The position numbers were made by a program, and so were the translations under genes. From the NCBI GenBank assembly GCA_048886185.1, contig JBHLKY010000024.1, positions 15,062 through 47,061 of the forward strand: 32,000 nucleotides of DNA. The letters are read 5' to 3'. The DNA comes from Candidatus Hermodarchaeota archaeon (lineage in GTDB: Archaea > Asgardarchaeota > Heimdallarchaeia > Hodarchaeales > Hodarchaeaceae). Positions 29,031 through 32,000 of the stretch are shown here, one piece after another. A model generated the notes under the pieces. The model saw nothing but the letters and a program-made list of their open reading frames with translations, searched no databases and was not told the origin of the DNA. How positions within the stretch are numbered: position 1 is the first letter of the stretch; the number at the start of each line of letters is the position of its first letter.

Positions 29031-29489
29031 GTGACCATCCTTAATTCGATTGCGATAGAATGTGAGTGTAAGCATGTGTTTAATTTTGCGCTCCCCCTAA
29101 GTCTGACCACGTGGATGTATCCCGATATGGTTCAAACATTAGTGGATGGGGGATATTCTCAAACCTCCTGCCCTGCGTGTGGAATCTCTATTTTTATTAA
29201 TACTGAAATTATGATAAATAGCCCGAAAGGGATTATTATGATTCCTACGGGCCCACTAGAAAGGTTAAGAAAGATCCTCCATAAGCTTGAAATCGTGGAT
29301 GAAACATATACACCTTTTTCTTCACAGGAAATTTGGAGTCGATTACAACATAATTTAGATAATCTTGAGGAGAATCCTATCCTGAAGAAACAACAAGAAA
29401 TGCAGAAATCAATTGAATACCCTGAAGAATTCCTAGAACAACTCAAGTCCAAGGAGAAAAAGAAGAAAAAACGATTTGGATTGTTTTAG
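29031..29489 (+). CDS. CpXC-domain (probable Zn-binding) protein
   Basis: CECKHVF...YPDMVQTLVDG...CPACG matches the CpXC layout. Basic C-terminal tail KKKKKRFGLF. Confidence 0.7.
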   Translation: MTILNSIAIECECKHVFNFALPLSLTTWMYPDMVQTLVDGGYSQTSCPACGISIFINTEIMINSPKGIIMIPTGPLERLRKILHKLEIVDETYTPFSSQEIWSRLQHNLDNLEENPILKKQQEMQKSIEYPEEFLEQLKSKEKKKKKRFGLF

Positions 29490-29685
29490 CTGCGGAAGAT
29501 AGTAAGTGAAGAAGCTAGGAAAATTTCGCCTTTTGTGTCATTGGAACGATATGAAAAGTGGGCAAGAGACTGGTTCAATTCATACATGATATTATCCGAC
29601 CAAATAATACTGGAATAATCAATGATTTTAAGAAAAAATTATTTGCTACAAAATAAGCTAAAAGAGAGTAAGGGGAAATCTAAAT

Positions 29686-30963
29686 ATGGCAAATATCTCC
29701 TCATTTTTTGGTTTTGGAAACACCACCTCCTTCGCTGATATGTGTTATTTAATTGGTGCCTTTGGAAACTGTTGTGTTATTGAAACAGACAATGGATTAA
29801 TCGTTTTTGACATTGCTCACGAACAATTTGGTCAATTAGTGTTTGATCAACTTCGAAGTTTTACTGATAAGCCGATTAAGTACCTGATCTATAGTCATGG
29901 CCACTTTGATCATTGTTTCGGATTTATTCCCTTTGTAGAGGAAATTGAGAAGAATGGGTGGGATATGCCCCAAATAATTGCTCACGAAAATATTCTGAAC
30001 CGCTGGGAAAAATATAAAATGCTTGAGGGGTATCATAGATGGCTAAATCATCAACAATTTGCCTCAGTTATAGGAGATGGTAGCAGTTTCCAGCTCTCAG
30101 CTCATGGAACATTAAATCCAACCATTACTGTACAGGAACAATACTCATTTGAACTTGGGGGCTGGAATTTTGAACTCTTTCATGATAAAGGGGAAACTAA
30201 TGATGCACTTTGGCTTTGGTTTCCTGGGAAAAAAGTAATTTTTACAGGAGATTTGATTATATCAGGATATCCTAATATTGGGAATCCATACAAGGTTCAG
30301 AGATTTCCTAAACATTGGGCTTTAGCGATGGAGAGAATGGCGTTAAAAAAAGCTGATTTTTTGGCACCTGGCCACGGTCCACTCATTGAGGGCAAAAGAA
30401 AGGTCAGTGATGTCTTATCAATAACAGCTGAAGCGATGCATTTTGTGCATGATGAAGTAGTTAAAAGAATGAATCAGGGTAAATGGTTTGAACAGATTTA
30501 CCATGAAATGATGGAGATTTATCCTGATAAGTTTAAGAATCATGATTATCTACAATATATTTACGGATGCTATCCATTTGCTATTCACGCAGCTTATCGA
30601 TTATATCATGGATGGTATGACAGTGGTAATCCAACTGATTTGTTTCCAGCCAAGTCTTATGCCATTGCCCGTGAATTCCTTAAGTTAAATAGTGCAGAAG
30701 CATATGTTGAGCATGCAAGGAAGTTGTTTTCTCAAGGAAATAAACAACTTGCTTTACATATTCTTGATCCAGTCGTTAAGGGAGGTAATCCAGTTAAAAT
30801 ACCAGAGATTCTTTTGGAAGCCATGCAGCTAAAGATAGCGATTTTAGAGAAACAAACAGAATGTGAGTCTTCATTTATTGCTTCAAACATCATTACAAAT
30901 GAAGTAATTCGTCTAAAAACTAAAATTTCAGAACTTAAAAATCAAATCTCTAGTAAAGAATGA
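29686..30963 (+). CDS. Alkyl-sulfatase-like MBL-fold hydrolase
   Basis: YSHGHFDH, GETNDALWLW, GDL and PGHGP motifs, then the dimerisation-domain pattern YG...AAYRLYHGWYDSGNPTDL. No signal peptide. Confidence 0.87.
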   Translation: MANISSFFGFGNTTSFADMCYLIGAFGNCCVIETDNGLIVFDIAHEQFGQLVFDQLRSFTDKPIKYLIYSHGHFDHCFGFIPFVEEIEKNGWDMPQIIAHENILNRWEKYKMLEGYHRWLNHQQFASVIGDGSSFQLSAHGTLNPTITVQEQYSFELGGWNFELFHDKGETNDALWLWFPGKKVIFTGDLIISGYPNIGNPYKVQRFPKHWALAMERMALKKADFLAPGHGPLIEGKRKVSDVLSITAEAMHFVHDEVVKRMNQGKWFEQIYHEMMEIYPDKFKNHDYLQYIYGCYPFAIHAAYRLYHGWYDSGNPTDLFPAKSYAIAREFLKLNSAEAYVEHARKLFSQGNKQLALHILDPVVKGGNPVKIPEILLEAMQLKIAILEKQTECESSFIASNIITNEVIRLKTKISELKNQISSKE

Positions 30964-31360
30964 GTCAATACTCTTGAAACACGCAGGGTTTCATTAGGTA
31001 TTTAGTCTCTGATTCGATTTATTTTGTTGGAAATTCTGATTTTAGAATTTAATCTTTTTTCTCGATGTACTTTCAACCAACCTTCTCCTTTTCTACATTT
31101 AAAAAAGAATGTTTGTGAGTATATATACTAGGGAGAGAATCATGAGTATAACTAAGCGATGTGAAGTTAATTGTTTTCCCCTATTAAGATTGAAACACTT
31201 GAGGAAGAACGTCTCATATATTCGATCATCACTCCTGATACACCTAAAGGTGTTAAAGAGAAACTTCTCCGCGCTATTGAAGAATTTGAGGAACAGCGAC
31301 CTATTTAGAACATTAAAACACAATTTTTTCGATTTTTTGATTCCAGATTGTGGTAAGAGA

Positions 31361-31819
31361 GTAAACGGCCATTTGGATATATGGCTTGTTAAAACTGATA
31401 TAAATGGAATCATGCAATGGGATCAAACCTATGGAAGATTAGGAAATTATTGGCCTTTTGTCCTCCTTCAAACCTGAGATAAAGGTTTTGTTATTGCTGG
31501 AACAAAAAATTATTACGAATATTCGGATATGTGGTTATTAAAAACTGACTTTGAAGGCACCTAGGAATGGAACCAAACCTATGGGGGATCAGGCCAAGAT
31601 GGGGCTTCAGCTCTTCTTCGAACTGATGATGGGTGCTTCATATTAGCCAGTTTTACCGTTGATTGTGGGGGGAGTACTGATGTGTGGCTAGTAAAAACTG
31701 AACCAGTATCAATTAAAACAAGTAGCAGCATAAATGGTTTTAGTCTCTTTATTTTGATTTTTTCACTATCCATGGTGGTATTTCTTAATAGATTTCATTA
31801 TAGAAAAATCAGAATGTAA
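31361..31819 (+). pseudogene. Remnant of a beta-propeller-repeat surface protein with NGF + TM + basic tail
   Basis: A single frame reads DIWLVKTDINGIMQWDQTYG...LLQT*DKGFVIAG...DMWLLKTDFEGT*EWNQTYGG...DVWLVKT...SINGFSLFILIFSLSMVVFLNRFHYRKIRM*. Internal TGA at 31475-31477 and TAG at 31562-31564. No signal peptide upstream. Confidence 0.85.
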
Positions 31820-31911
31820 GTCCAAATATTCTAGGAGACATTCAAATTCAATTCCTGATTCTTTTATTCCTTAATTCTCCCCAGTATCAAGTCTCATGGA
31901 ATTTAGTTTAT

Positions 31912-32000
31912 TCATTTACCTCTAGTTTTGGTTTGTCTATCGATGACAACTACCACAGTTACAATGAAGAATAAAACGCTCCCGAGGCTTAACAGCTGAA
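31912..32000 (-). CDS. 3' end of a membrane-anchored protein, truncated by the window edge
   Basis: QLLSLGSVLFFIVTVVVVIDRQTKTRGK followed by TGA at 31912-31914: a hydrophobic helix and basic tail. Confidence 0.55.
   Translation of the reverse strand, partial: QLLSLGSVLFFIVTVVVVIDRQTKTRGK

Noticed and set aside
269-30036. Short ORFs nested in or antisense to long genes (e.g. 269-538, 3135-3425, 13679-13987, 14308-14610, 17656-17970, 24366-24632, 27610-27945, 29159-29452)
   Set aside because: They overlap well-supported genes and have no motifs; treated as shadow ORFs.
31109-31477. 122-aa ORF as an intact gene
   Set aside because: Only its last ~40 codons match the propeller repeat, and it ends at an internal stop of the pseudogene. 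The rest, and the antisense ORFs 31099-31413 and 31579-31773, lack recognisable features.
7643-31564. Stop-codon reassignment or selenocysteine, suggested by several in-frame TGA codons in decayed frames
   Set aside because: TGA terminates clear genes (7433, 15916, 30963), the propeller remnant has both TGA and TAG, and none of the TGAs sits in a redox motif. Pseudogenisation is simpler.

Overview
Gene-dense, AT-rich window that most likely comes from an Asgard archaeon. This is an inference from the co-occurrence of a Rab-like GTPase, a single-domain gelsolin, a longin-like cytoplasmic domain, TrmB, a geranylgeranyl-reductase-family enzyme and PGF-type C-terminal anchors. It holds about 22 intact genes, including two cut by the window edges, and at least two clear pseudogenes: a frameshifted DEDD exonuclease and a propeller-repeat surface protein with two in-frame stops. 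I saw no rRNA, tRNA, CRISPR array or transposase. Most notable: (1) a 2024-aa single-pass receptor-like protein joining DUF2341/LamG and nine cadherin-like repeats to a cytoplasmic longin-like domain; (2) a secreted 11-Cys (C-x)n peptide divergent from a B12-type radical SAM gene; (3) a 45-aa four-Cys protein missed by the ORF track, divergent from a TrmB regulator; (4) a tandem double-BMP binding protein with a PGF tail and no transporter nearby; (5) a ~45-nt structured intergenic element present twice. All family assignments come from motif recognition by eye; no database search was run.
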